A stretch of 64,000 nt of DNA, from the NCBI RefSeq assembly GCF_032444005.1, contig NC_091288.1, forward strand, positions 183,024,001-183,088,000, written 5' to 3'. Source of the stretch: Ranitomeya imitator. Its lineage: Eukaryota. Within the stretch, counting starts at the first letter, position 1. Each line of letters begins with the position of its first letter. Below, in pieces: positions 62,647 to 64,000 of this stretch. Below the pieces are notes generated by a model. It saw only the letters and a list, made by a program, of their open reading frames with translations. It ran no database searches and was not told the origin of the DNA. The translations under genes were made by a program, and so were the position numbers.

Positions 62647-64000
62647 TAGTAACTGTATTTTTATATATATATATATAGTGAAATAATTAAAATTTACTCT
62701 AGTAATATTTAGAATTACATTAAATACATTTAATATATACATATGTATAAGATATTTAAATTATTTTGTTTTTCAATAAATATGAAATTAACCTTTATCT
62801 TTCATTTTCCCTTAGAATTTTACTTTCAAAGCAAGGATTGAACAAAAAAATACCTGTTTCATGAATTTATGTCCTATTCACACAGGAAGCTATATTAACT
62901 GCATGATTTATATATATATTTAACACTTTAAATAAATAATATACCTAATAACCTAAAAATGTGTGTACTACATGTAAGTTTTTCTGTAACATTATGTTTT
63001 TTTCCACTGCATGGTGCATGACGTGACAGCTGTGAGTTAAGGGATATCATATAGCCTTGTTTTTAATTTTAGGAATTTTCCTCAGCCTTTACATGCAAAT
63101 GGATTCCTGTACCGAAACAGCTGTAACATTCAACTCGGGTTTATTGTGAATGGAGGAGTCCTTTCTATAGGTTAAAACATACTGTTAGATAATATTTGGG
63201 GAATATTCAAAGGAATATTAGAATACTAAATGTAATAGATTACAATGCGCATTGATTGATAATTAGGATACAATATTTTGGGTTAATATATGTGTATTCT
63301 TTGTATGTGAAATATGTATTGTGAACGTCTATGTGTGTGTCACATGTGACAGGTGAGAGAGCATATGAGCAGCTGCTGAGTGAATTTGACAAAAGAGTGA
63401 ACCCAATGTAAGAGTGGGGCGTGGTATGCACAGTTTGACAGAGGCCTTATGATTCATGGTATGTTGAAAAAAAAAACAACTTTGTGTTTAAGAAATAATA
63501 GGATTCAGTTAAATTATTAGAATATTAAGATATATTTAAATATTATTATTCAACATATATTTCTTTAGTGATTATTAGTGAATAAGTACAATAACACATC
63601 AATATGGTTTATCTAGAAAATCTACATTTAGAACATTTTCCCAAATGATAATTTTATGATATTCAGTGTTTTTTTATGGTTACATAGATGAGTACACATC
63701 TTCAAACAAATATAAGTCATAAAGCTGATATGACAGTTATAAAAATAATTATTTTTCACTTGGGTTTTTACAAATTAATTTTTTCACAAAATAATATTTT
63801 TTGATATTAAGGGGGAAATGTGTTTTTGATCCTGATCACATCATCACATTTCATCAATACCTCTTCTTCACACATTTTAATAAAGAAGAAACATTAATAA
63901 GGTATTATTGGATATAATAACAATAAATATTATAAATGTCATTTTTTTTTCCTCTAATGAAGGGTATATATGCAAAGTTGCATAATTTCAATATTTTGGT

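Overview
Vertebrate genomic DNA, inferred to be a frog: MCM5 is close to the Xenopus protein as I recall it, and the repeat landscape is anuran-type. There is an assembly gap at 410-634. Two host genes are convergent. (1) A two-exon SMIM10-family microprotein gene on + (SMIM10L3/SAGSIN1-like, 67 aa, CDS 15185-15367 + 18011-18031) whose intron holds an intact DD41D Tc1/mariner transposon. (2) A complete mcm5 gene on - (15 coding exons, 33214 to 24107, 735 aa) with E2F sites at its 5' end. The rest is mostly transposable elements: a piggyBac-type element with ~385-bp internal repeats, an L2 LINE fragment, a 6.2-kb hAT-type element expanded by a ~5.3-kb 29-bp satellite, many MITEs and a 27-bp minisatellite. 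Further right are a BEL/Pao LTR element (36905-50444) with a chromodomain Ty3/Gypsy element nested in it (38471-44427), a second chromodomain Gypsy (51010-56739) nested in a Harbinger-type MITE, an unclassified gag-like ORF and an internally deleted DD34E Tc1. Main oddities: the disabled outer BEL element has apparently identical LTRs while the nested Gypsy has diverged LTRs, which suggests re-mobilisation of a composite element, and both Gypsy elements carry a Tf1-type self-priming signature instead of a tRNA primer-binding site. All comparisons were made by eye.
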